A stretch of DNA of 55,699 nt, filler included, from Basidiobolus ranarum (GCA_040143965.1; 5 parts of 5 records of this genome joined end to end with filler, not necessarily neighbours in it); one strand, 5' to 3'. Counted from the first letter of the whole stretch, positions 27,387-40,818 are shown. Notes: generated by a model from the letters alone, not told the origin. Translations and numbers: made by a program.

Positions 27387-30300
27387 TTAACGCTTGGTTT
27401 TTCTAAACACCCAGATGAACACTAGGGTGGCAAAAATGTTGAAGGCACAGAAGCCAATGGTGACACCAAGATTTCTCCAACGATGGCTGAATTCCCAGCC
27501 TAATGTTGCAGTGAAATCTTGGCCGTGCGTATAAGGACAGTAGCTACAAAGCCCAGTGGCATTGCTGCTAGCTAAATAACCAGGGGCTACTTTAAGGAAA
27601 TCCGCTGCGTACTGTCCGCAGGTTTGTCCAGTTGGGGCCAGGAACTTGATGAAATCGCTTTCCTTACAGTGGACCTTGAAGTCTTGTAACTCATTCACCA
27701 TCAATCCTTCCAAGAAATAATGATAGGGATCAAGCCAATACATCCAAGATCTCCAGAAGGTTGGGAGTCCTTGTGGTGTCATTAAGAGACCAGCAAACAG
27801 ATTGAGGAAGGAGTTCAGGAATGAATTAAAGATGGAAGCTTGGGTTAGAGAAGCCGAAGCAGCAGCAACCATCTGGCCAAAGGAGCAAGAGAAGAACATG
27901 AAGAATAGGAACATGATGAAGTAATAGCCTTCACGGTCACTTAGCGATTGGAAACCGATCGTCCAGTAGACACAGATCATACATAGTACTGCACAAATGA
28001 CTAAGTACGGTAATTCTACCAGGACAATTGACATTCCAAATGGACGCCAACTGTAGAGCTTAGAGGCATATTCACGTTTGAACCATTGACGCTCAGACAT
28101 AAACTTGGGTTGAGCAAGAACGACAAGAGAGGTACCAAGAACTAAAATCTGGAAAATAGAGAAAATTCTGGCTTGCAAATCAACTGCCGAATCACCAAGT
28201 TTCCAGAAGGAGAACCCATTGAGTAGACAGACAACTATGACCTTAGCAAAACGACCCATGTTGTAATCAGGAGAACGCCACCAAGTCTTGTTCATACGCT
28301 TATACACAAGCTTGAATTGCTCCCACTCGCCAGTAGCAAACTCACGAACATTAGGATTCTTGGGTTTGACGGTTTTCTGTACTTCTTCAAGTTCGGCCTG
28401 AACCGCTACAGCTTCGGGGGAATCTTTCCAGAGTTGGATCCAATCCGCTTTGGCCTTTCCATTAATACCTGCACCAATACAGTCTAAAATGTACTCTGAA
28501 GGATTGGCTTCAGGTGGACATGGTGGGGCCCCATTATGCTCAAAGTAATCCAACATCACTCTAGAGTTCTCGCCAATGGGACCAAAGTACACAGTCTTTC
28601 CACCACGAGCCAGTAATAGCAGTCGATCAAAGTACTCGAAGAGAATGGAACTAGGCTGATGAATGGTACAAACAAGAGGCATTCCATGATCTGCCAGCTT
28701 ACGCACAAACTTGATGATGTTGTAGGAACTCTGAGCATCCAGACCAGATGTGGGCTCATCCAAGAAGAGAATCTTGGGCTTGGCCACTAGCTCAATACCA
28801 ATGGTCAACCGTTTACGCTCTTCAACCGAAATACCTGCTCCTGACTCAAGATCCCCAATCAAAGCTTCCGCAATGTGTTCCATCTCCATTAGTCGAAGGA
28901 TCTCCTCAACATAAGCATCCTTCTCCTCTTTTGGAACTTCTGGAGACTGACGGAGATAGGCCGAAAATCGAAGGGCTTCACGAACTGTGGCCTATTGGAG
29001 TAGAAGAAAGAGATAAGATGGAGTTGATTAGTTAACTGAATACAGAGATTTGGAGATGAAAACATAGACTTGAGTTTGGTGAAGACAATACTATCAATCA
29101 GAGTGAGAGAATGTTCATGATAGCATGAAGAACTCGCTCACTCTTATTGTCACGTTCGTATTCATATTCACACCAATCCCGTATCATCGTCATCATCATC
29201 ACAATATTAAATATAGTGAGTACTTACAGCTGGGTTATGTACGTCCATCTGCTCACAGTAGCCAGTAATGCGCTCAAAGTCAATACCAAGAGGTTCACCA
29301 TTGAGGTACATCCTACCGTCGATTTTACCAATCGTTTTTCTCTTCGAGAGCACATCCAGCAAGGTGGTTTTACCAGCACCTGAACTACCCATCAGAGCGG
29401 TCATTTGTCCAGGTTTGATCCAGCCACCGATGTCATCAAGTAGCTGACGCTCACCACCCTTTACGGGGACAGTGTAGTTGATGTGTTGCCAGGTGAATGT
29501 TGTGTTAGTGTTCAAATCCATAGTTGACTTATCTCCATTTTTCTCCTCTTCTGCCTGCTCTTTAAGCTCCTGTTCCTCAGCACCGGTATCATTCTTCTTA
29601 GGTGCCATACCCTTCTTGTATACACTACGAGTAGTACCAGCATGAGTAAACTCAATTTTCTCGAGAGCAAGGGCAGTACAGGCAACGAAGAATAACCAAA
29701 AAAGAATCACTGCCACAATGTTAATTCCCATCTGCGAAGTAAGGTATCCATATGTCGCTCTCAGGTAGTCATCACCAAGAACACTAAGCTGCCCTGGTTG
29801 ACTACCGGCAATTGTGCAACTTCTATACAGGGAATCTGTGTAAGTCGGTCCATATGGAACAGCATCTGGACCTTCACAAAGGAAGATAAGATCATGCATT
29901 TCATTTGTAAGTAGCGCCTTAAAGCCATAAGCCATTGGGTTGATCCAGAAGACCCATAATAGCCAAGGATGCATTTGAGGATATGGGATCAGGTAACCAG
30001 CATAGCAAAGAAGTGCAATCCAGACTGTGCCAGAAAGCTGACTAGCAAGGAAGTAGTTCTTTGATATGGCACCACACAGACGATAGTAAGCTGTCATACA
30101 CATGGAGAGCATAAATACACTAAACCAGTAGAAAAAGAATTTATCCGCACGGAGATCGAGGCCAAACATAAAGTAACTGCACAATGTGAAAACAATTGAT
30201 TGCATAATGTTGACCGGAATATCACAGATAACCTGGGCAATATGGAATGACGATGGGTGATACATGGCATAGGCTTTGTGCTTCTGAAGAATACCACGTC

Positions 30301-32085
30301 CTTGTAAAGCGTTCGGTAGCTCGGACTGAGATACTAAAGACATGAATAATACGACAGCGAACAGAGCACCCCCACGAGAAAATGTTCCAAGACCTGTGAG
30401 AGGCATGAGGTAGAAAACGGAGGCGTAAATCAGACCTTTGGATGTCACAGAGAAAGCCCTCGACACAAGTGAAGCTTTATCACCCCAAATCAATTGGAAC
30501 TGACGTACAATCAATGCCTTGATTTCAGAGAAGTAGGATGTGGTATACGGTGATTTCTTAGGAAGTGTCTTTGCTTTCGCTTCACGTAAATGGTCTTTGA
30601 ACTCATCCGCTGGGTGTTGGTCCTCGATCCAGCGATCATAGTGCTTAATCTCTTCAATGAGAATCTTATAGTCAGTAGATGCTCTGAATGCCTGTTCAAA
30701 ATCAACCGCGGTTCTTGGGGTTCTCCCTTCCCATCCAGGAGCAATCACCCTTTCATGAGGATTGGTAATACCGGTCAAGAAATCAGGTGTACTCTTTCGA
30801 GAGGGACATACGAATCCAAGTTCTTCAAAGTATGATTTTGCCCTGTGCACTGGTCCGAAAAAGATACATCTTCCTTTATCAAGAATAACCACCTTATCAA
30901 ACTGATAGTAGATACTTTCGGATGCTTGATAGAATGAGGCGATGGTGGTCTTGTTAAGAGTGTTGCTCATAACTCGTAGTGACTTTGCATAATCAAGAGC
31001 ACTTGCGGCGTCTAATCCTCGAGTACTACAATCCCAACAGTTGATCGCGCTTCGTGAGGCCATAGCTTCAGCAATACTATGAATAAACATGTTAGTGATT
31101 TGAATCATCATGTGGTATAAAATGAGGTATTGTTGAATCTTATATTTTGGACTTACCTAAGACGCTTTCGCTCACCACCTGATAAACCCCTGACAAACTC
31201 GTTACCGACGAGAGTGTTCATTGCTTTGTTGAGACCGAACATACTTCCCAACATGTGAAGAATACTGTTCACAAACATCTTCCTCGTCTGATTTGGAAGA
31301 CGCTTACCAGGTGTTTTTGTCTTTAGAGCAAATTGTAAAGTTTGAGCAACTGTCAAAGTGGGATAGTGAACATCTTCCTCCATAATGTACACGCTATCAC
31401 CACGATACTTTTTGAACTCTTTTGCACAGACGCCACCATATGCGACCTCCCCATTCACTGCTTTGTAGTCTTCGGTGTTGTTTGCAATCACGCGCAAGAA
31501 TGTTGAGCAGCCAGATCCTGGGCGGCCTAGCACCAACAACATCTCACCATCTCTACAAAATCCGGTGATTTCATGGAGAATATCAAAATCAGTACCACGT
31601 TGGTTTTTGCTGAACCAGTTCTTGGGATTAAGCCATTGACCAAATATCTCTAGGGGTGTAAGCAAATCGGAGATGTGAGAAGCATCTGCTCCTTCACCAA
31701 CAACCGTAAGGTTCTTGAAGGTTACCCCCATGCGCTTGCGCTTGATTCCTTCTTTGTCGCTAGCATTGGAGGTTTCTGTCAAGAAATCGGAAAGATCAAA
31801 ATCTTGTTGCTCATCCCCGGCTTTCTCGACTTCGGTACCAAGCTTGCTATGCTTTGTAGCAATGCGCTGTAGGGCAGTTTCACGAGTTAGACTACGACCA
31901 AGCTCTTTGAACTCTTGTTCGGCTGATTCGACGTTAACCATACTACGACCACCCCATTGCCCTCCAGTAGCTCTTTCTCCGCTTTCAACCATAGTTAATT
32001 CGTCAATTCCATTGGTGGTAAAGTCCTTAAATTGATTAGAACTTTCGTTTGGTTCTGAATCCTCGGAATCGTTATGCATGTTCAT
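27387..32085 (-). CDS. Full-size PDR-type ABCG transporter, 3 exons
   Basis: Exons 32085-31157, 31076-29228 and 28991-27387. NBD1 has GRPGSGCST, LSGGERKR and [13 protein letters not shown]2 has GSSGAGKTT, ISVEERKR and FLDEPTSGLD. Two ABC2 membrane domains. Confidence 0.96.
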
Positions 32086-32931
32086 AATGATGTTGGGTTT
32101 ACGGATAAGAAGATGTAAGCGTCTATGTATGAAAGTATGTTAATGCGGATAGGATATAGAGCGATGCTCTCTTGGTTCCAAGTAGTGTTGACGGACCAGA
32201 TATATGAACTAGGGCTGATGGTTTGATTTTTTATGTTTGCAACTCGCAACTTTTTATATATTTTCTGCGGGTGTCTTGCTATGTCATTAAATTACTTGGT
32301 CATACATCACACAGGCCAAAGCTACCTGTTAGTCAAATCAAAAGATCTATGTCGTAATCTTCAAGTTGAAAGGTACACATTTCTTTCGTTCGGGTGTAAC
32401 CTATAGCTATCCTCATACAGGGTTAGCCGTCAAGTCAAATTCATGCATATCGATCTCAGGATGAGTTTCTGGTGCCCGGTTAAATAGAGCAACAATAGCC
32501 TCTCCGATTTGGCAAATATTGGTTTGTTAATGTATTTGATTATTTAAATCAATTCGATAACTGATGGTAATTTAGATTCGTGACCCGCAGTTTTGTTATT
32601 TAGTTGAAGAATACTGTGCCCAATCTATCGGACATCTGAATTGCTAATTTCCGAAATAAATGAACCGAAGCAACTTGACGATAAAACCTCGGGATACCAG
32701 ATTGGGAATTCGATTAATTGTTATGATGAATAGGCAACTTCAGTTCTATACCTAAATAGAATATAGTGGTTTCTAGGTTTCATTCTAGAATCAAAAATTA
32801 CAAAAGTTATGGTACCATGTATGAATGGAATAATAACACTGGTGTCTGAGATTTAAGATTATTTACTAATAACAGTATCTAATTGGGAGTAAACGATTTT
32901 CATTATTCTAGATGTTATTATTCCAATGTTC

Positions 32932-33401
32932 CTAGCGCTGATTCTTTCGAAAAAGCCAGACTAATATCACTGCTACACATAAATTAACGCACCAAAAAGC
33001 AATCATTAGCCCAACGATGATCGAACGACCAACATAGAGGAGCAGTGAAGTCTTGACCATACGTGTAAGAACAGTAATGGCAAATATTCGTTGCATTTTC
33101 ATCAGCTAAATAGCCTGGAGCCACCATTAAGAATTCCTCTGCATACTTTCCGCACAGCTGGCCAGTAGGAGAAAAGAATTTGATGTAGTCAGAATCCTTA
33201 CAGTTGACTTCTAAATCTTGTAACTCGTTGACCATTAATCCTTCCAAAAAAGCTTGTTAAGAGTGTTACTCATAACTCGTAGTGACTTTACATAATCAAG
33301 AGCACTTGCGGCGTCTAATCCTCGAGTACTACAATCCCAACAGTTGATCGCGCTTCGTGAGGCCATAGCTTCAGCAATACTATGAATAAACATGTTAGTG
33401 A
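32932..33401 (-). pseudogene. Chimeric, internally deleted PDR transporter pseudogene
   Basis: 33253-33401 copies 30950-31098 (including intron sequence) with 2 mismatches. It is fused out of frame to a diverged, frameshifted C-terminus ([20 protein letters not shown]). Confidence 0.85.
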
Positions 33402-33501
33402 NNNNNNNNNNNNNNNNNNNNNNNNNNNNNNNNNNNNNNNNNNNNTTAATTAATTAANNNNNNNNNNNNNNNNNNNNNNNNNNNNNNNNNNNNNNNNNNN
33501 N
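33402..33501. other. Artificial contig linker
   Basis: N44-TTAATTAATTAA-N44. Confidence 0.98.
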
Positions 33502-33795
33502 TTTCAGAAGAGGGAAAAGTTCCATAAATTTGAGAGATAGACATTACAGAGAGTGCAAGCTTGGGGCTCATAACCTGTTAAAGTATTTGGGAGCCTGTTG
33601 GAAGTGGTTTGGGAAAATTGAAAAATTGATGGTTTTCACTTATTGATTTATTGAGTAGAAAGTTGACATTCATACTTTTGTCAAGATGTAAACAAACTAA
33701 CATGTAGAATGTGTTAAGGAAGGTCTCAGAAACATGTGTGCAAAGTTTGGGGCTTCTAGCATAAGTTTGAAAGAATCTGCATATCTGAGAACTTC
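33502..33795 (-). mobile_element. Copia element 5' end: truncated LTR (33795-33576), PBS (33575-33564), gag start (ATG 33544)
   Basis: The LTR is homologous to the other copies. PBS is GGTTATGAGCCC. Gag begins MSISQIYGTFPSSE, versus MSKFQISGAFPSSK at 16756. Confidence 0.9.
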
Positions 33796-35707
33796 CTGAA
33801 CACACTGTAAGTGTTTGTTTAATTATATCTTAAGTTGAACTTGACATTTCCAAGCTACTCAAATTAACTTCAGTAAGGCTTATTCTTTTCACAAGGCCTG
33901 AGTGCATCTGCACTGTCTCTTCTAAGCATTAGCTTAAAATTGTCAATCTTTGACTGATGTCGTAAATATCTTGCATTCAGAGTAACTTCATTCCATAAAA
34001 CTGCAATTGTAAATCGCATATTCTCTGAATACTAATTATATGCGAAAGTTGAAATATATGCATCTAATTAGACTTGGAATGATATGGTGTTTAACATGAA
34101 CGCCTACAGCTCCAATCACAGTAGTCATATCTCTAAATACATGACCTGTTCTTTCAAGACTTCTCTGGAGGTGTTTGAATTGATGGGCCATTCATTGTAT
34201 ATTGGAGTCTGAAATGCTAAACGTTATAACGTGAATTAGGGACTATAGGCATGTTCCATGTATCATATCACCAGGCTATGTCCAACTTTTACTTATCATT
34301 CAGCGACATACCTTCCGCTCTCTGTTCTACGGCACGGTCTTCATTGACGCCAAGTTTGAATATCGGAATACTCAAGTTACTCGTCCACAGGGATCTTTCA
34401 ACCATCGGTAACGTGCACACTAATAAGAGTTCCAATTCTAATTTGTATTTGTTGGTTCTTATTCACATGTGAAATACTAGTTTATGGTGTGGAGCTGTTA
34501 ACAACCCATCTATACCAACTATTTATATGCTTAACGTACGGCAATTCTTACAGGACAGATTTGCCTACCACGGTCATCTGGAAAGTCACAGATTGGCTAA
34601 GAGTGATTGATCTCCATAAAATATCAATTCAGGATCACTGATCACATAGGTAACTGTGGAAAACGCAAAGTCCTAAATAAGGAAACACCTCTTTGTTTTC
34701 CTGTTACCGCATTTGCGCTAGCTACCAATTAAGAGACAGAAATTATGAAGAGAGTAGAATGAGAAAAATAATATAGTTAAGATAAATAATGATTGAGAGC
34801 GTTAGTATAAATCAAATGCACCACTGCGCCACAACCAATACTCATACGATGGCCGGATCTTATTCATGGCATTAATTATTCTGCTCGGTGCTAGTCCCAT
34901 GAATACGAGCATCTTCACAAGAGCAGGGGAGGCTGTCCACTTGCCAACATTCAGCGACCAATGCTATGTGGATTTATCTTCTTAGTTGCTTGTCCATGAG
35001 CTGAATTCCCCTCATAGCCAAGGTATTCACATTTTCAGTTTCTGTGGCCGCTGAGGTGATTGACTGGTTTACTAAATAGAATCAGTACACAAAGTACTCT
35101 TAATTTGGCATATCGTAGCCACAACACATGGCTGGCTACATATACTAAAATATAGTCAGATCTCCGATTGATCACTTCAGATAGTCCGCTTAATCGGCCT
35201 TGGATCCGGAAACTTTCTGGAATTCTTCACCATACTCACCATTATTGCATATCGCAGTTTCAGTCTTGTCAACAAAAAGCCTGAAATATGGTTTTACTCT
35301 AACCCGAAATAAGCGACTGAAATCGAAACAGCTGTGTCTCTGTTCCGTGGTGATCGAAGTGATAGAGCAGAGAAAATGATTATTTGTTTACCAATCTAGT
35401 TGATTGATCCTGAGTCTATATTTACAATCCTTATGTCATTGGGGTGCGTTTCTAGATTGGTGTAAAAGAAATCAATGTCAACAGTATCCAGATTATCCTG
35501 AATTTCTGTCTGTCTCCACGTTAGTTCCGTCCGTTAGTTCTGCTCTAGCGACGTTTCGTGTTGTAAAAACTTAAATATCCTCCGAAGCTCTGGTGTTCGA
35601 TTTCTTTCAAACACTCCATCTTTTCGTCCTATTCATACTTCCTTATCTCCTTTGAGCTTGTCCCATTTTTCTCTCCGTGAACCACTTTTGAAACATTTAA
35701 TAGAATA

Positions 35708-38368
35708 ATGACGGGCACTAGTTCTTTAAGAACTGCTCTTCCTTTGACGGATATATATGAATCTCCAAAGCTAATACGAAAAAAACCATCCTCTTCTTCT
35801 TTTTCTGATTCCGAAGATAATAGCGCGCCAGAGGAAGTACAAGAGTCTGATCTTTTTGAAGCCAAAGTTTATGGACCAAAACCAACTACCCCTACGCGTT
35901 CTAGTTTTATAAACACCTCATACAATCAGTCAAATACTCTTTTGACTTCTCCAACCACCAAAAGAACTACTCTATCTTCACCACAACAACATTCCTCCAT
36001 GGTTCGCCAACAAAGCGCTAACATACACTCCATATTTAACAAGCTCAACACGTTGAATGAAAAGTCAAAACATGACGATAAAAGATCCTTCTTGCATTCT
36101 ATTAAGGGGTAATGATATGTCATATACAAGCTTACTCCTATCTGAATCCCTGCTAACGTATTATGATTTGCATACAGACACATGCGTAAAAACAGTAAAG
36201 ATAAATTTGCCTCACTGTTTGATCCTTTCGAAGGAAGTCCTTTAAATGATACATGGTAACTTCATATATATCTCCTTCCTTCCTTCCTTCATATTCCTTA
36301 ACTTTGTTTTTTATAGGCGAGGATCCCCTCTTCAGCCTTTTTCAGCAGACGATGTTCACCGCTCTCCAACTCCTTCCCCACATAGCCCTATGAAGAGCCC
36401 AACACTCACTTCATACCCAACATTTGCCAAACTTAACTCTCACTCCAAAAGAAGGTTAGTTTTAAATATATATGAATCCGCAATGGAGCTCCTTGACTTA
36501 TCTATTCATTAGATTTACGTACGATAATACTGTTGAGGAAATCGCTCGAGAAATGGAACAGTACTACGTTCAAAATAATCAAAGAATGGAAAGTTACATT
36601 GATCAAATCGCGGTGTTAGAGGTAAGTAATATCATGATATCAGCGCATTTCTGAAAGTTAGTAGACTCTTATAATTCCTCTTTCATCGGATTAGAAACAA
36701 AAACGTAATGCAGTTATTGAGAGCAAACAATGGAAAAAGAAATCTATCTATGCTGAAAATAAATTACACAACCAAGAGATAGAGTTTCAAGGTATGTTTC
36801 AATATCATTCGCTTGTAAGCCACAATCAGCCTTGATTTACTGTAAGTTGACTAAATCTCTCTTAGATGAGATACGAAGCCTGAGTGAAAAGCACCAGAAT
36901 GATCTGGAGATGATCAAAGGGATTCACAGAAAAAAATGCAAACAGTATGGAGAAATCATTAAGAAGTTGATGGCCACGAATGAAGCATTTCGTGCACAGC
37001 TACAAGAACACGGAATAGTTCCAGGTATTGGGTTAAATGCGTCAGTGAGTTCAAAACAGCTCCTAATATTTAAACATATTTAGTCACTGCTAATCCTTAA
37101 GCTGAGATGCTCGTAGAGACTCAAGAGTGGGCTGAGGATCGCGAATTTATTCAGGTAAATATTAAACCCGCGAAACAAATACCACTTGATATGTTGTTCA
37201 CTCATTTCCTTCTATTTTATAGCAAAAACTTGCCGCAATCGAACAGAGAAAGCTTTCTTCAGGGCCAGAAGAAGAAATGGCAGCAAGTATTGAGGTACGT
37301 GACTTTTAACTTGATCGAACTTTTGCTGATACTCATCTGTTCACAAATTAGTACATTACCCTCGCTCTAGGAGTGGAGTTGCGACAAAACCAGGTCAAAA
37401 AGTATCAAGATTTACCAGATGCCGCTTCTCAACCTGATCCTCCTTCATCTCCACCATTAATCAAGTCGGAGAAATTGACACGACAAAGATCATCACCTCG
37501 CGCACTCCATGAGAAACGCCCAGATAACTATTTCAGTTTACGCATTGGTAAGGAGCGTAAAAAGGATATAGAGAAAGTTACCTCGATATATCACAAAACA
37601 GACCACCGTAGGTTGAAGAATAATAAAACCAGCCCGACAGTATTGCCTCACTATCAATCAGACAAATACTCACTGTCCGATGACAGTTCCTCCAGCGATG
37701 AAGAGGGCATGCCACTCTCGTATATTACAACGACCCGTGGACCGCTAGATCGACGTATGAAGCCTAACTTGCAACCAAAGAGGGTGGTACCTATGTCTAC
37801 CATCCACCAAGTAAAACCAGCGAATGTGGAGCCAACGTTTCAATTTAAAGCTACCGATGATGCTTTAATGCCTGTGGGTCAACGTCTTGGCGAAAAAGAA
37901 GAGAATAGAATCTCAACCTCATCTGTGGACGTTGATGAGAATAGAGTAAATGACATATCGTTAAACCCAGACAACCATATTCATATGGATGATATTTCAT
38001 CGAATCCCCTATCCCGCACTGAAGACAAATCTTCTAAAAGTCATGATTCTAATGTACATGAAACTGGCAGTAACGCGTCTCCGCTCGTCTCCAATGCAAG
38101 AACTATTGCCTGTAACTTGACTCCACGAGTTTCGCCTAGTCTTTCAGTTTTTGCTAAAAACAGAAATCCAATTCGCTCCGGATCTCCCTCACAGAGAGCG
38201 GCAAACAGGTTGAGTACCCATAACTATCCTTCAAGTGGTGTTCATATGTCGCCCACCCCAGAATTTCCAACGCAAGCTCAACGTAAAAAGCCGTTACCAA
38301 AAATCCCTGAGATCAAGAGTTCAACAGTTGTTACCTCGAATATTGATCTGAACGAAGAAACACTGTAA
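35708..38368 (+). CDS. Multi-exon protein of unknown function: Ser-rich N-terminus, central coiled coil, low-complexity C-terminus
   Basis: A chain of plus-strand exons bounded by GT-AG introns. Heptad-like segments (EIAREMEQYY, DEIRSLSEKHQNDLEMIK) and a long terminal exon ending at 38368. Confidence 0.75.
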
Positions 38369-38479
38369 ATCCACATATTTATTTCCTGATCAATCTCTAA
38401 GATATTATTTGGTCAACCGATTTTGTATACATAGTCTTTGAGTTGGGCAAGCTGTAAGCAAAACTATTTTGTTATTTCG

Positions 38480-38707
38480 AGATTTCTCTTCAGTAATGAT
38501 TACCGATGGATTTCCTTTGTCCGTGAAGTCAATGGAACGTTTATTATGGATACACTCAAGGCTCACTTTAATGTCCTATTCTCATCAGCTTACGGACCCC
38601 CACCTTCCGCGGTTGAAGAATTGATATCGTTAAAGCAAGAAACCCTAATTTCAATTGGAGATGTTATTTTGGACTTCACATTCAACTTTGGTTGGATGAT
38701 TTATTAA
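38480..38707 (+). mobile_element. Short retrotransposon-gag-like fragment
   Basis: TLKAHFNVLF..SAVEELISLKQET.ISIGDVILDF resembles the Ty3/gypsy gag capsid pattern. No LTR or pol nearby. Confidence 0.35.
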
Positions 38708-39612
38708 CATATCACTAGTATAATGTATAGATGTAATAAACAATTTAACGGTTGAGTTTTACTGGCTTTAAAATCCTCGAATATTTCCCAATTATCTGTT
38801 GGTAACCAAACAAGGTTATTGATGTTGGAAATAGAATTGTAGAGAAAGAACAGAAAGCTGCTGCTAATTTCATTCTGAATATTATTATGGCTCTAGTTGA
38901 GATCATCGTAGCTTTTACATACTGACGTTGTATACCACGAACGACAATTCCCCGAAGGTCTACGGATCAATGATGCCTAAAAGATCCTTTTACGCCCACC
39001 AGGTTTGATCCATAAACAAGCGTGTCCGAAGCAACATCACCCAATGGTATCATAAGTTACACCAATAAGGCTGCTTTCAACAATGTCACGCTAGATTATA
39101 TAGCATTCTATATTCAAGGTGTTACTTTTCATGACACCAAGATATTCCCATACATGTTGTGCCATTGAGCATCGATATAATGGGAATTATCTTCGCCAGC
39201 ACTGCTCACACAAGAGTTGTCTCATTTTGATCGGAGATCTAGTAGTAGCACAAGAAAGATCTACGTCATTCATATTATCGACTTTCAAGTTTGCCAGAGT
39301 AGAGTCATACTCAGAAGATCAGTCTGACTCCTCCAAAGTTTGAAAAGGAAAAGCGGATCCATACCAAATATTAACCGTATAATGATTCAAAAATCAGAGA
39401 AATATTTTGCTCTACAATTTTTAAATGAATAGAACTTCCAATATTCAGTTATGCGGGGAGAGGGAATTATGTATTATTTCAATATGAAGATAGTACAGGT
39501 GGATTGATTCTCAATAAAATATAAACTCAAAATAAAGATTGGTGAGTGGATTCCTTTAAATAACATAATACAGTAAATCTAGATAATCATTACATAGTGG
39601 AAGTTTGGTAAG

Positions 39613-40818
39613 CTACTTTTTATCAGCTTGGGTTATGCAACTATGATTACGGTTCGTTATGTGTTCATACCAAGTGTGATGCCGACCTTCACCAGCTCCT
39701 GTTCGGCTTCGATTACGAGGCACCGGACTGAAATCATTCACTATATACTCCAACAATTTCTCTCTAACCTCACACTCTAGTTCTTTCACAGTCTCAACAT
39801 TCGTCGCACTTACCAAGCATTGCACTAGGATGTTTTTCTCTTTTATATCCAACACTTTCAAGGTGGCTAGACGTTTATCCCAAAGAGGAGAGTCTCCCAC
39901 TATCTCTTGTAGTTGGGTTCTAAGTTTGGTGATAGAAACCTGATAATCTACGTGGAACTTCACTTCTCCTACTGAATGCTCACAACCACGACTCCAGTTT
40001 TGGAATGATCCCGTAACAAATCGACTAAGTGGGACTATCTGTTGACTTTTGTCAGTGATTTGTAAAACTACATAGAAACCACGTATCTCCTCTTCATAGT
40101 TTTTTTCAAATAAAGTTAGTAAATATCTACTTCAAGTCAAAGAACATCTAACAAACCTATCCTTCCATAGTGTCCGTCTACAGTCACATAATCAAGTAAT
40201 GCGAATGGCTCAGACCAAGAGATCTGAAGCCCAGCCATAAAATTCTCTAAAGTAGTACAAAAGCCTCGGCCAAGAATGTTACTGATAATAATCAAACCTA
40301 CTAGCCCGCTTATACCCATCTCCCATGCTTTTGGAATTGTCATGATTAAAGAGAACAACCCCAAACTTATTACCAGTAGAAGGCTGAGCTTACGGAGAGC
40401 CAGGGATTCATGTCTGACTTGCGCGCTTTTGGGCCCACCTCCTGGGAATAAACTGAGAACAACTCTTCCCAAAAGCCAAGTAACATTTAGAATAAGTGCG
40501 ATAGAAATAAAATGCCTTAAGACAGAGTGGTAATCGGGACCGATGCTGCTTAATAACGGGAAGACCAGATGAATGGCAAACAGAGGACAACCGAACAACA
40601 TGGGATAGTGACTAATGATTAATAAGTAAATTAGTATGAATATGACATGCTATGCTAGTTCACAGTCCAAAGCCTTACCAGCATTCTATAAATTCGGCAC
40701 TTATAACAGAGTCAGGATTTTGCGAAATCTTTTTGAGCACAAGGTATACGCAAAGGTAAAGGGGTATAGAAACAACCACAGCACAAATGAGTATAACAAA
40801 ACTAATCCAAAGATCCAT
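39613..40818 (-). CDS. MscS-family mechanosensitive channel, bacterial-type, 357 aa, 3 exons
   Basis: Exons 40818-40679, 40611-40157 and 40091-39613. Spliced: LENFMAGLQISWSEPF..VTVDGHYGRIEEI..VPLSRFVTGSFQNWSR..VDYQV..SPLWDKR..LECEVREKLLEY. Confidence 0.88.
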
